Origin: Camelus ferus
Taxonomy: Eukaryota
Length of the DNA stretch: 64,000 bases
Reading direction: 5' to 3'
NCBI RefSeq assembly: GCF_009834535.1
Contig: NC_045697.1
Coordinates: 107,014,001 to 107,078,000 of the forward strand
The position numbers were made by a program, and so were the translations under genes. Below are positions 45,772 to 60,229 of the stretch, piece by piece; the first letter of the stretch is position 1, and each line of letters starts with the position of its first letter. The notes under the pieces are model-generated. The model saw only the letters and a list, made by a program, of their open reading frames with translations, searched no databases and had not been told where the DNA came from.

Positions 45772-48700
45772 TGAGACGGACAGAATTGTGCCTTTCTCCT
45801 GACTGACTGGAACAAGGAAATATCAAACTCAGTTGCTGGCAACTGTAACACAGAAGAAGCCAGACTGGGGGAATGGGGGTAGTTTATACATCTAGGGACA
45901 CAAAACTGAAAGAACTGCAGAAAAATGGAGCTGAAGACCTGCCCCAACACCTTTACACAGGTACATTTCTTATTATGAATGATAATATACTTCTTCAGTT
46001 AATTAAGTGAAGAATTTCACTTCAGTTAGAGCTAGGTTTACTTGCTTTTGAAACCATTTAACAAGATACAAAGATTACTGGTGATGCCATTAGCCACTTG
46101 ATTATAGTTGTGAAAGAAAACCAGACAGTACTGAACTCATGCTTCAGTGAAGACAGTTAATATTGACTCTGTTTTAAAAATTTTTAACAATGAAGGGGAG
46201 ATAGGAAGGTAATTTAAAGAGAGTAAAGAACGGACTTAAGCATGTTCGCAGGTGGAAAAGACAAAGTCCAAGGAAAGAGAAGACGGCGGGGGGAGGAGGG
46301 CAGGAGCAGGTTTTAGAAAGACAGAAGATGTATGATCCTGCGAGAAGAGCATGATTACCTTGGAAGTAAACAAAGTCACCTCCTTCTCTGTGACAAGATG
46401 ATGTAAGACTGTATTTTAATAAATGAGCGTAGGGCTGAAGAGAAGAAAAACTGAAGGCCTGATTTTGACCTAGTTATTTCTATTTCCTCTATTAAATAGT
46501 AGGGTTTTGACTAAAGAATAGAATAGAGGAATAAATTTTAGAAGAGTTGCCTTGGGGAATATGAAAGAAAGCTGACTATAGAAAAGTGTAAGGATGACTG
46601 AGTAGTTATGAGTGTCTAACAGAGGCTGGAAACCATTCATCTAGAGCAGCACTAATCTGTACGACAGTGATCTCCCTGGCCCCCAGCTCTACCGAGTAAC
46701 CTTAGAACAAGAGTAAAAAGAGCAGTTGGCCAAATTCACTCAAGATTTAGGACTAATTTGGCTTGCAGGCCAGAATAAGGCAGGTTAAGGGGAATGAGTA
46801 GGAAAATGGAGAATGTTTGGGATGGGTAAGGACAGTAAACCCATGATCTTTCTGGACCTCAATAAAATAAACAACTAAATTTAATTGACTCATTGGGAAA
46901 CCAAATTTACCCTGCTTCCCAAGTCACTTATAGTGATGGTAATATGGTTTCTCAATTAATTAATCAATATATCTAATCAATGTATCTAGTCCTTTTATTT
47001 GATGCTGTTATGAGTTTTCAACTTGTATTAAAACATGCCTAGAATGAAAGAATGGAGGCTTACACTGTATTCGGAGCCTGTTTCCAGGCTTCAAGCTGTA
47101 GGATCACAGTAGTAAATAGTTACAGGGCTGGACAATGTGCATGTAGGGAGCAACCTGAAGCCTGAGGAAGACAGGACCTCACTCTCTTGAGAAACATATT
47201 ACATTATGCTCCTGGAAAGGGGATGGAAACTAAAATTTACTGATCGCCAGTAACGTAGCAGATGGCCCTCTATTAAGTATTTTACATATAATCTCATTTA
47301 ATTCCCAAAGTAACTTCATAAATTAGGAATATAATCCCAATTTAACAGGTGAAGAATTGAGGCCCATGGTGAAGTCATTTAGTTACCAAGAAACAGAGCT
47401 AGACCTCACATCTGTGACTTTCCATTACCAAAGGATTCTGGTAATGCTACTTTGGGTAAGATGTTCACATTAGTCTCATAAATATATGCATTATGACAGT
47501 TTACTGTATTGGTATGAATTTTAACATCTCTTATAAAATGACAGATTAGAATGAGACCAAGATTTTTTATAAAAGAAAAACTACGAGCACACATTCCAGT
47601 AAAGTACAATGACAAAATAATGCAATTTTTCCAGCATTAGCCCCACCCAGAATTGAAATAGCAGGCTATTAGACTGTGGGTGAGGGAAGAGTTATTAAGA
47701 CTCTGTTGCTCTTTAACAAGTAAGTAAAATGAAGGTAAATACTAGGTATTTAGGTGCTATGTAGTATAGGTCAGCATTTGTAACTGAAAAGCCTGGAAGC
47801 TATCAATATTCACTGAATGTTTCTAGTAGCTCCTATCACTTGCCCCAAATGTGTAAGAACTACATGGTTTATAAGCATGTACATGAACTCAGAGTCAAGC
47901 ACCACTGTTTGGCATTAGGATATCCATTTCCTTGAAACCAGGCCTTATATTACATTTTTGTTGTTGTTGTTCTCAAGATAGCTTATAAGTTATAGGGAGA
48001 GAAAGAAAAAACAAAGAAATTATCTGCTTCCATTGTATGACATTTTTATCTTTAAATAAATAATTTAAAGGCTGAAATGAACCAGCAACCCATCATAATC
48101 CAACACCTCCTGCCTTTAATTCTAAACTCTCAGGAAAATACTGGTGAAGACAAATAGCTGATTTTAACTTGCCAAACGGAAAAAAAAATATATATATATA
48201 TAGAGAGAGAGGGGGGGGGGTAGAGAGACAGACACACTGTGCTTTGCAAGCTAGATAAATTAACAAAAAGTATGTGCTCCTTATCCACAGGGGAGAACGG
48301 GCTTATTATGTTACACTTCCAGGTTTTTAAGACAGTTGGAAGCCAGTTCTTTCAATAGTTGCTGTCATCTCCTAGAAACTTTCTAGTACTTTCAATTTTG
48401 AAGCAATTATTCACATTCGGAAGTGATTTATTTTCTTCCCTTTCTTTACTGCAGTTCATTTTTTCTGGCTCTCAATAACTAGTTCTACTTTGGCTTAATT
48501 ATATTCATTTACAGATTTTTTTTTTTTTTGAGTGTCTACTGCTATTTGGAAAGCACTGGTTGAGGTGCTATAAGGGAGACTCATATGAGGAAAATACTGT
48601 CTCTAACCTTAAGGCATTTATAATCTAAAAAAATGGGATGAAACAAGCAAACAAAGAATTACATGGCATAAGATTCATGCTGTAAGAAAAGTAAAAATTC

Positions 48701-49432
48701 AGAGCTTTGGAAATTCAAAAAAAAAGAGTAAGTGGTCACATATGTTTTAAAGGGATCAGGAAATTTTGTAAAGAGCAAGAGATTTTTGAGGAAGGTCCCT
48801 AAGTAGGGGTCAAGTTTCAACTGATATACAAGGAAGAAGGTAGCATTGTAGGAAAATTAAGCAATCTTATTTGGTTGTTCCCAGTAGGAAATGAGGTATA
48901 AAAGAAAGGTTGGAGCCTGGCCACACCATAAAAGACTAGGGATGAAAAATTAACAAGTTTATATTTCATTCATTCACTCACTTATTTAATCAACAAACAC
49001 TTACTGAGCACCAATGATGCACAAGGACCTGTGCCAGACACTGAAGAGTTAAAGAATCATTTGATGAGAAAGAGAGTCATTATTCTCAATCACCTCACAG
49101 ATATATGAAGAAACAGATATATGAAGAGAAAATGTTAATATATTCAAAACCTCCCCTGGGAACACAATGGAGGGGCCTTATCCAAAGTAACAGAAGGGTG
49201 CTTGGAAGGCCATAACAGGCCAATTGAGTCTAAGAGTTAACAGATGTGAACCAGGAAAATAAGAAAAGGAAAAGTATTCTTTCTGAAGGAATAGCATTAG
49301 CAAAGCCAAATAAGTAAGAAACTACTGGAAATGTGCCAACGTTAAGTGTTTCCAGAATTCGGGGAGAGTATAATGCAAAACGTGGTCAAAGAAGAGGCTA
49401 CAGAAATAGGCAGAAGCCAGATCATGGAGAAC

Positions 49433-50069
49433 TGTCTGAGAAGTCCGACTCCTGGAGTACGTGTGATACTTTTTCAGGCCTGACCACAGACAATTTAAAG
49501 GCTTTACTCACCAAGCATCCAGGGGGGAGCTGCTTTACCCTCAAACCACACTTGGCGTGCAGCAGTGCAGTGCAGTCTCTGAACAAAGTTGCGGTCAAGG
49601 ACTCAGACCCCACTGGCCAGACGTGCTCTTTACATACTTGCATTCCTAGACCCTGCACCTTTATCCTTCGGTTTCTTTATATGAAGCCCTGGGCATTGGT
49701 CCTCTTCAGGTGCCTTTGGCGTGAGGCCTTCTTACTAGAGGTACTTGAAGACACTTTTCCCCACTCTCAGTCCACTCAAGCACAAACTCAGGGTTCATAA
49801 AACTGCTGGAGTCTTCTGTCCAGGGTTCCCTCAACAGTGAGACCACCCTCATTTGTACACTAACCCTCGTTAATCCACGCTGACTCTCCTCTGGTTCAAC
49901 ATTCTAGGGGAAAAATGGAACAGGGGAAGTCCCGCAGTTTTAGACTCTTGCTTATACCATCGCAGTAAGTGATTAAAGGCTTAACTCTCATTTTGGTTTG
50001 TCACTTCGATCAGCTACTCTGACACCTTCTAACTCAACAATAGCTCCCAGCTCAGCTGAGCTCCTGACA
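49433..50069 (+). mobile_element. Probable ERV solo LTR inserted in L2
   Basis: TGTC...TGACA termini, TATA-like TTTATATGAA near 49676, ATTAAA near 49972; L2-like text resumes on both sides. TSD not clear. Confidence 0.6.
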
Positions 50070-51476
50070 GCAGGCATGTCATGCCAAGGAGTTTGGGTTT
50101 TATCCTGCAGTAGTGGGGAGACATTGAAAGAATTTTATATAGCTTTTGTGACTGCAGAACAGTAACTCTGGAAATACACAAAAATTAGAGGGAAGAAACA
50201 CCTGAAATGAGGATACAAGTAAGGATGTTACCGGAATAATTTAAACAAGATGAGGGTCTTCAACATTAACTGCTAAATATCCTATTTTTCTGATTTTGCC
50301 TACTCATGTGTTATTGAAATTTGCCTAAAATTCTCTGAGATACAATGTAGGCAATAAATGAATAACACATGAAAGAAAAGTTCAAGGATAAAAGGCAGTT
50401 TGTTCAAAATAAAAAGGGTTCCAAAGCATATGATGTACAGAGATAATTAAATGTTACATGGAGTAAAATAGGCTTAGAACTATAGTAAATATCAAAGTCC
50501 CAAAGCTAAGAGAAGAGATGGGAAAAGAGGATAGGAATGGTCCAGTAGACACTACATCAACTCACCCAGAAATGACATACACGTCCTCTACTCACATTCC
50601 ACTGGTCTTACCAAATCATATGACTCCCCATAGGAAATGTGGTCCCTGGCTGGGCAGCCTTTTCCCAGCATCAACTCTTCACAGGGAAAGACAGCATGAA
50701 TTGTAATGATCAGCTGGCTGTGTCCACCACAGAGGACAATAAGTGCCACAGAAAAAAAATAGAAGATGAAAGAGGAACAGAAAATACTAGGTAGAGAGTA
50801 GAGGTCATGTTTATATCTTAAATAGGATGATTAGGGTAGGGTTCCAAGAGAAAAGAACACTTGAGCAAAGACCTGAAGGGAGTGAAAGCACCAGTTATAC
50901 AGATGCATCAGGAAAAGAATTTCAGGCAAAGACAACAGTAAACCCAAAGGCCTTGAGGTAGACACATTTAAGTCCATGAACCTGCAAGGAGGTCATTCTG
51001 AATGGATGAGTCTCAATATAAATAGAGCCACAACAGTAACTAAGAGGTTGAGGAGAACATTAGAATACGTTAAGCAGAGAAGTAACATGATCTGCCATGT
51101 TTTAAATGTGATCTCTCTGGCTGCTGCAAGAGTCTGGGTGTGGGTGGAAGGGCGATCTTAGAAGCAGGAAGTCTAGTTTGTGGACTTTTGCAATAATCCA
51201 GAAGATGATGACGTCTGAGAACAAGTGGCAACATTGGAAATGGTAAAAAGCCACTGAATTCTGACTATATTTTGAAGGTTGAGTTAAAAGGACATGCTGA
51301 CAAATCATACATGGGGTATGAGGGGAGAAGAGGCAATAATATATAAATTATGATCCCAGAAACTGGAGGAATAGAATCAACATTAACAAAGAGGGAAGAG
51401 AATGTGAGAATAGGTTTTGATAAAGACCAGAAATTTGGTTTTAAACATGTTATGTGTGAGATATTTATTAGAAATC

Positions 51477-51882
51477 TGTGGCAGTAACGGATTAACTCTT
51501 CACCAAACCAATTTTCCTTTTCTATCTAGGCAGACAACTAGACCACACTTCCCAATCTCCTTTACAATTAAGTGGCCATATGAATGAATTCTAGCCAGTG
51601 AAATGTGAGAATTGATATGAGCCACTTTCAAACCTGGCCTATAAAGCATTTCTATACACAACTGTCCATGTTCCTTCCATTGGCTTGAGGCAGATGAATT
51701 TGGCAATCTTGGAAACCAAGAATTAAAGATAATGGAGCTATAGGATGGAATAAATCACCTACCAGAAACATCTATTTTGTACGTATTTTATATGAAAAAG
51801 AAATAAAGTTCTATTATGGTTAGCCACTGAATGAGATTCTGGGATTTACCTTTTAAAGCAGCTTGTACTGCACAAGCAATAC
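51477..51882 (+). mobile_element. MaLR solo LTR (MLT1H/I/J-like) inserted in L2
   Basis: TGTGGCAG...CTAGACCACACTTCCCA...GGCCATATGAATGAATTCTAGCCA...AATAAAG...AGCCACTGA...AATACA. Confidence 0.7.
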
Positions 51883-54800
51883 AGATATCCAAACAGAGAT
51901 GTTGAGTAGACAATTGAATATATGAGTGTGGAGTTCAAAGGAAAGGACCTGTCAGGATATATATTTTAGAAGTCATTAATTTATCATGTTTATATAATAC
52001 AGGTGTGGACTGGCTGAGATCTGAAAGGAGTGAGTAGAACCAAAGAAGGAAAAAGTAGTTTTCCAAAGACTAAAGCCTGAGTAACTCCAATAAAAAAGAG
52101 GTTGAAAAGATGATGTGAAACAAGCAAGGAATTTTGAGGAGTGGCCATTGGTGGGAGGAAAATCAGAAGAATATGGTGTCCCAGATGCCAAAGAGAAAAG
52201 TATTTCAAGGAGGAGGCAGTTATCAGCCATATCAAAAGGTATCCATAACTCAAGAAAGATGAAGGTTAAGAATTAACTATCTGATTTAGCAAAATGGATG
52301 TCACTGGTGACCTTGAAAATTATAGCTTCTGTAGAATGGGGAGACAAAAGCCTGAGTGATGTGAGTTTAAGACAGAAATGAGAGAAGAGAAACTCAGCAA
52401 GTAGAAATGAATCTTTCAAAGTTCAAGTATAGTAAAGAAGCCATGTATATTCTATATTGTAATAGAACATTATAGATATTTGGGGGGAAAACACCATGAT
52501 ACAAACAGTCCTATGTAATGACACTGTATAAATGTTGGAAAATTTTGCAACACAAGAAGATTCTACTAGACCTTAGGTATGGATAAGTATACCTTGAAAA
52601 GAAAACAGGTCAAAATCACAAAGGCTACATAGACATCTAAGGATTCATTCATGTTCAAGTTATTAATCTCCAGAGGTAAGGAATTTAGTGCATTGTATTG
52701 GCAAGTTTGTTAACTACAGCTTATTCAACTTTGAATAAGAAGAGGTATATTAAGAGAAAATAGTTCTTAAAATTCATTAATAGGAGCTTAAATAGCTAAA
52801 TAAGTGACATTACTATCTATATTAATTTCAATTAACTAACATATGGACTGTCTCAAAAAAAAAAACCCTCAAAGAATCAAACAAGTTTTAATAGTAACAC
52901 ACTGAATCCTATATAATTACATTATTAACATAGCTCAAGAAGAAAGGCTATAAATGGGGCACAAGTAGAATTCTGCACATTTAAAATGAGTAACAAATAG
53001 GACTACCAAACTGGACAACTTAGTGCCTGTGTCAGGGCTTCCATACAGTCTACCTGAGGTATGTAGTAGCCACAGAGGCACACATCCATTCTGCTCTATA
53101 AGTTCTTTACCACGGCCACTAAACCTGCCTCCAAGCACATCAGGACACTGCTACATTACCATGCACTGGCACTGTTAGAAGGTTCTCCACTGACAGTTTA
53201 TATTCTTGCCTTTATACCCATATAATCAGCTTCTGCAAATTACTGAAGTCTTTACTTTTCACTACTCTACTTCATTCATTCAGTTATTCATGCTGGACTA
53301 CGGATATGGCATGAAGAAAAATGAAACAAAACAAAACCACGCAAACACCCTATTCTTATATCATTTATACATTTGTCTATCTGAATGACTATCCCAAAAA
53401 AGATCTTGCCACATTTTTGTTAATAAGGAAGCAGGCTAACAAAAATATAAATGAAAAGTAGAAATGTTCCCAAGGGTTTAAGAGATTACGTTAACTTTGT
53501 TTTCACTAGGAAATAGGAAAATTAAGTTGTTTGAGTTGTGCCTCTTCCCTTTCAAATCCCAACATATGGGAAAGTGACTACTTCAAAAAAAAATTAAAAG
53601 TTAATTATAAACCTCTAAGTTTAGGTTTGTATAAAAGAAATTAATTGCATCTTCTCAATGATAGAATTTTTCCAGTCCTACTCTCTTCAAGTAGCAGTAA
53701 GCTATGCTGATTAAACTTCTTTTGTTATGTCCTATTCAGTTTCTTAGTTTTACTGCAAATATGGAGTGAAGTCTCCTAGTCTGCTAATAGCATTTTATTT
53801 GGTCACAGAAGTGTTAAAAATACTGTTTCGATTATGTAGTAAATTCACAGCAAATATGATATATATCCCAAGCCAGCATTTTAAATCAAAAGACAATTAT
53901 CTACCTAAAACCCACTAAAATCAATAAAATAATCATATTAGAGACTAATACCAAGAATAACCTGTATGTTTTCATCTCCTGGAAAAACAAATGTAACAGT
54001 GTTATCTGAAAAAGTTTTCTTCATTTTAAAAGACAAGCATTATTTCTAAATTTTATAAAATTACTATCAACCCAAGTTGAAAAAGAAAAAAAAAATCAGA
54101 GAGGTAGATGTTGTTTAAATACCTTATGGTTTCATTTTACACTTCTCATATCAGAGTGAAGTCTTAAAAGTAATTCAAAAGGAAAAAGAAAGTATTTTAC
54201 TCAGAAGATAGAGTCCATATGTTCTTCAATCTGGAAACCCATTGGGAAAAAGACTTGAGGTTTTTAAAACTGAATTTTGACAATTGGAAGCTGATGTGAT
54301 TTTTTTTCCTCTCCAGGAAGATTTGAATCATTCTCAGAGGGAATGAAGGAGATCTTTATCAAGGATAGCAAAGCTTAACACCTGTTTAACTCCAAATTAC
54401 TTAAAAAAAATTTAGTGAGTCTTCAGAATCTTACAACGAGGGTTTACAGTAAACACTTATTCCTAAGTGTAAGATATTTTTACAAGCTTAGCACAAGAAA
54501 TCATACCTATGTATTTAAGCATTTTTATACCACAAATTCTATACTTTTTAACTCACTTCAATGAGTTCATTTCTTACTGATATGCATCTCCAAATGTAAT
54601 TGTATTTTTGTTAGGAACGTTAACAGTAGGTTGTAATCAACTACTACAATTAAATACCATTAAACCCGCAGACAGATGGGAGGGTCTTTTTTTTTTTTTT
54701 TTTGCTATGCATGAACCCTCAGCTTCAAGCACAATACATGTGGCATATACTTTAAAAAGTCCACCTAGAAGATAAATACATAATTTCTTTATCCTGATCA

Positions 54801-56809
54801 TTCTTTCCTAAACCTAAAATGAAGTTTATATATTTAAAGTTAAAATGATTTTGCTCTCAAAATCAAGGTAGGAAATGGGCTGCAGTTTTTAAAGAGACTC
54901 AGTTTTATACAATCCAGCACAAACTGGATAAATGGCGCTCCACTACTAATACACACAATTCTTAATGTAAAGTAATGTAACTTAAAAAAAGTTACTGCAT
55001 ACCTATTATGTGAAAGGCAATTTGCTAAGACATACTGACATGTTTATATGTCTACATTAAAAAGTCAGATTTTAATTAATGTATCAAAAAATCACAACAG
55101 ACTTTAAGAAAGTATGTTTTTAAAAAACACACATTTGTTTTTGCTTTTTCTTTGAAGGAATTTAATTTTATTCTGTTGTTTGTTAAAAGTGCCCAAAAGC
55201 AACTTCTTATGTTTGGTTCCTTTCCCCCTTAACTTCTTTTCCTTCTTTGGGGGAAAATATAATCTAATAAAGGAAGAAGAAGGCAAAGGATTTTTAAAGA
55301 ATAACAACTCTCAGTAAAAGCGATTGAAAAAACATTGCATGAGAATGGAAATTACTGCCATAAGGGGTCTCTAAATATCTGCTTTGAAAGATGTTACTTT
55401 ATGTTAATTCAAATGGTCTTCTTCTACCTGATCTCTTCTATCATTAAAAAGTATTTTTTTTTAATTTTTCCAAGTTCTATTCTGAAAAACCATCAGCTTT
55501 GTAATTACTCTTTCCTTTGTTCCTTAACAAATATTATATATTCTAGGTTGTTTCCAAAAATGTTTTTAAAAAGTTTAATTCTGTATCACCACCATGTAAT
55601 ACTACTGTAAAAGCAAGATGGTGTGTGAAAAACAGTACCAGGTTGGGAGAAAGAATATCTAGATTCCAGTTCTAACTTAATAATTAATTAGCTGTTAGAT
55701 CCTGAGCAAACCCATTTAACCTATTTGGGCTTCAGTCTTCTCTTCTATAAAATAAAAGGGCTGAATTTAATAATCTGTAAGTCTCTGTCATGTTCAAAAT
55801 GCTATTATTTTGTTATACTGAAAAAATATATTCTACTCTTAGGGTACTCCATACACCTCTCTATGGGGATGCTCAAATTCTTATTACTTTCAGTTTCTCA
55901 GAAATTTCCAAGAAAATTGTTCAAGGGCAAGGCAATTCCTGGAATTGATTATTTTACTTCCTTATTATCATTTATTTCTGTTGGGAGTAGGGAGGGCAGA
56001 AAGCAATAAAATATACCTATTTGTGTGGTTGTAACAAATCTTAGTTTTTACTAAAGGAAATGCTGCACCCTTTTGATCCATGAAAAGGAGGTCTAGCATA
56101 GATAAACACCCCTACCTAGATGGAAACCAAGAACACTGGGTGAGTTTTTTCTCTCCCCTTGACACCCAAGACTGTGGGGCATACTATAAATGAAAAAGTA
56201 AGAGTAAATTAAACTTTGGTAAGCTACTGGGAAGGAAGTAGTAGTATTTTATTTTTTGTCACCCTGTTGAATGCCCCGGGCTACAAGGACACTGAAGTTG
56301 AAGGGTGAGACAACAAGTTTAAGAAACTCAATACCTAGTTTAATAATGCAATGGTCATTGTATTGAATACTTAGACTGCAGATATGAATTTGAGATGGAA
56401 TACTTCGCACATGAAAGTCAGTGTATAATCAAATGAAGCAGAAGTAAGGAGTTTCTAAAACACAGAAAGCTGATAGGAGAAAACCCAGACACATGCAGAA
56501 CAGGTGTACCCTGAGGAAGAAACGTGGAAAGCTCCAGTCTAAGGAAACATAGACAAGCAGTGGGCAGAGACAGTGGTCACCTAAGACAATCTTTAGGCTG
56601 ATTTCGCCTCTCTCCTCCCCTGACTTCTTCTGGGCAGCAGGCAGAAGAACTGCCCACTCTTGGTAAAAAAGGTATGGACTCTTGGGTTAGAAGGAGAGCA
56701 GAGCCCTAGCTCGCCAATGATGACCAGAAAGAGTAGAAAGCTCCTGCTGGCAGATCAATGACCGACAAACCCTGCCTGACAGCATTTCCCCCGTACCACA
56801 AGGAGGCAT

Positions 56810-57310
56810 TCTGACAATATTCAGTGAAATTTTCATTGTACATAATACCTTTCAATAGAGAAATTTCACTTTTAGACATGTGTCCTATGGAAATACTGAC
56901 ACATACTCACAAAGATGAATCTGCCAGGACTGTAGCACTTCTATAATAAGTACGTATTAGAAGCAAGCTGAAGTTCACCAGTAGAAAAAGGTCAAATAAA
57001 TTACAGAATGTGAATAGTATAGTGAAATACTATTCACCTGCTAAACAGAATGATACATATGAAACAGCACAGAATATAAGTAAAGAGGGCCAGTAGTTAA
57101 ATAATACATGCAGCATGGTACCAACTGTATTTTTTTAATTACATGTGTTTATAAAGGCAGAAGAAACAAGATGACAGCAGATCAAATTTTTAACTCCTCA
57201 CCACTGGGAGGAAAGACAAACTCATGGGTAGGCTGAGGTAGTGAAGGGGAATTTCACATGATTGAATATTTTATAAGAATGTATTTCTATATATGTTATA
57301 TAATTTAAAA
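56810..57310 (+). mobile_element. Old L1 (L1ME-like) fragment
   Basis: AATTTCACTTTTAG...GAAATACTGACACAT...CAAAGATG...AAATAAATTA...GAAATACTATTCA. Confidence 0.55.
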
Positions 57311-57992
57311 GGGAAACAAAGTTTGCCAATTTGAATCCTACCTGAGAAAAATCTTCCCCAGCTAGCTGAGGATATTTTATAAAATTTAGTAGTATCAATA
57401 GTTTTTGAAACAATGTTCACAGCACTCTACTAAACTGAATATGTTACAAATAACTGGGCTGCCCTCCACAACATACACATACCAAAACATTATATGAATA
57501 GAGTACATTATCATATTCAATTTATGAATGTATTCAAGTAAAATGTTTGAAAAATCTGAATCGTCTTTGAGTTTAAATGCTATTAATGCAAATACTCGTT
57601 TTATGGCAGCTATGAGCTAATTCTGCCTTCTTATTGTGTCATGCTTGACAGGCTTGCTCTTCCATTTTCGAGAAAGCAATCAAAATGGTGCTTTTAAATC
57701 AAAAATGGACAAAGATATTCTGCAAGTTCAACATCAGTAGGGGTCCTAGTTATATTTCTATTACAAACACTAATCATACTTAAATTAAATTACCTATGTA
57801 TTCAAACATTGTGACAATACCAAGTAGGATTTAATTAACGAAAAGAAAAACTTGTAACTTTTCTCATAGGAAAATAATGGTAAATACTGTCAATTTTGGT
57901 AAAGTTCTCTACATTTGTTGCATAAGCAATACTACAGTAAATTTCTAGGTAACACAGAATTCTAACATTTTTCTTATTCAGGCTCAACCACT

Positions 57993-58588
57993 TACTGAAG
58001 TGGGAGGAAAGGGGTCAGGGCACAACCACTGAAGGAATGACACAGACACTGAGGACAGGGCACACTGGTTAGAACCAAGATGGCAGAAGATTCAACTTCC
58101 AGTAGACCTTGAGCCTCACAGCACACCCACAGGTACCAAGACAGTTCCTAGGCTGAACTTAAAAGATGAAAATGTGGGCAGGGTGGGGGTGTTTCCTGGA
58201 AGTCCTCGCCCCTTCCCCAAAGTAGTTGGAATAATCCTCCTACTCATTAGCATATAAATTTACTGGCCCCATAAAACCTAACAACTCCACATCTCCTGGT
58301 CACTCTCCCTCTTGCTTTCTGAGATGGCCCACACTCTGTCTATGGAGTGTGTATCTGCTTTTAAACTAAATACCCTTACGCCTCGCGGTCTCTCTCTCCC
58401 TCTTGCCTTTCTGAGATGGTCCTCCACTGCCTATGGAGTGTGTATCTCCTAAGCTGCTCTCCCTTCTGAGTGAGACAGACCGCACTCTGTCTATGGAGTG
58501 TGTATCTCTAAATAAACTTGCTTTCACTTTATCATGCCTGCTCTTGAATTCTTTCCTGCACAAGGCAAGAATCTATTCTCACACACCA
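57993..58588 (+). mobile_element. ERV solo LTR (about 596 bp) inserted in a MIR
   Basis: TSD CCACT at 57988-57992 and 58589-58593; ends in CA; CATAAAA TATA-like near 58270; AATAAA 58511-58516; MIR-like flanks. Confidence 0.8.
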
Positions 58589-58732
58589 CCACTAGTTAAA
58601 TAATCTTGAGAAAGCAACTTAGCTTCTCTAACTATTGGTTTCTAAATGTTAAAGTAGGGACAAAAATTGCGTTTACCCCAAAGAATTATAATAAAAGTTA
58701 GATAAAATAGTTAAGTAGTTGGCAATGTATAG

Positions 58733-58760
58733 ATATAAAATGAAACATATTAGCTATTAT

Positions 58761-58798
<38 letters not shown>

Positions 58799-58865
58799 AA
58801 ACATATTAGCTATCATTTTATATATATATATGTATATACACATACACACACACACATATATATAT
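58733..58865. repeat. Duplicated unit ATATAAAATGAAACATATTAGCTAT interleaved with (TA)n/(CA)n
   Basis: Unit occurs twice, each followed by a TA run. Confidence 0.85.
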
Positions 58866-60229
58866 TTGGACATTACCATGCCTCAGTGACAATATCACTA
58901 ATTTAAACACAAGGATGGTGAATGATAAACTATATCATGTATCTGAAGTTTTTGTTTTCTTTAGACTTTTTTGCTAATTCTTACTGAGATCCTATATGAT
59001 TTGTGAATACAAAAAAATTGTTCAATACTCAACTTAAACATCTTTTTGAGAATTTGACAATACTATTCCAATAAAATGATATACCAGTAACATGAAGTTA
59101 CAGGATATTAGGACAGGATGGAGATGATGTATTTTATATATACAAATATATTAAATCACCAGGTTTCTTTTGTAGATTTCCTAATTTCCAATTAAATTAT
59201 TTATTCCTATTAGGCAATTTTAGTATTTAAAATTACTGTGTCTTCTCTTTTCTCCTTAAAGAGAGGAGGGAAGAGAAGATTGATATTAGTAAAAACAACT
59301 CCAATAAGGAAAATCTCCCCACACAACTGACTTGTACTTCTACTCTCTTAATATTCCTTACTACCAAATTAACACCCACAAACAATATATCCTTTTCTTA
59401 CTACTCCTAAAAGGGCCTATGAATTTCCTTCCTCTCAGTATCGTTGTTTCTCCAACAAGAATCTTATTCTGTCCATTATCACCATGTCGACAGGAACAAC
59501 ATATCAAACCTAGAGTTATTCACACCTTCATACAAAAAGAAAAAAACTTCCTATCATATAAGTTTGGCCACCAAATTTGTTTAATTGGTACTAGCAGACT
59601 TTGAGTCATGTTTATACAACTAATGCATATATAAAAACATGTTAATTAAAATTAAATAAAAATAAGGAACTAAAAACATGTCAAATGTATTTTTTAAAAT
59701 TAAGTGCTTTCAGATAATGAAGGAAGACAAAAATCTCAAATAGATGACTTTAACTGATTTTCAGTAAGACACACTACTTTTTTATTGGACTGACTTTTAA
59801 TTACTTATTCTTAAGAACTCCTTGTAATCAAGGAATATAACCAGAATATGGAGTTTTGAAAGTTATAAAATGAAACAAGTATAAAGTTAATGCTTTAGAA
59901 CAGTTATGAGTAGTAGTAAACAGTGGTAACAAGTGTCATGTCAAATAGGGAAAAGACAAAAATACTCAAACGAGCTTTTCAAACTGTATAGGCTACTGGT
60001 TCTCCCCATTCTTACCTTTTGAGATCTCCTACGAGCAAACTTACCAATAGACATAAGCCACACAACTGACCAGTGTGGAGACAGTAACTAAGTATCTTGT
60101 TCTTGAATAAATAAACACTTTAAGAGGTTTTCCATTGTGTTCATCAGACAAGTTAATTACTATAATAGGTGATCTTCCAGGAATACCTGATCAGAAGAGC
60201 TGATGACAGCACCTAGAAGCTGTGTAGCA

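Larger units (their letters stand above)
48520..52420. mobile_element. Long fragmented L2 region with nested LTR insertions
   Basis: CATTCATTCACTCACTTATTTAATCAACAAACACTTACTGAGCACC (L2 end) and many L2 body motifs (GAATTCTGACTATATTTTGAAGGTTGAG; GTCACTGGTGACCTTGA). Confidence 0.7.

Noticed and set aside
49333..49800. 155-aa plus-strand ORF
   Set aside because: GTG start, spans an L2/LTR junction, no recognisable domain.
58300..58510. Spaced direct repeats superficially like a CRISPR array
   Set aside because: Mammalian DNA, three degenerate units inside an LTR, no cas genes.
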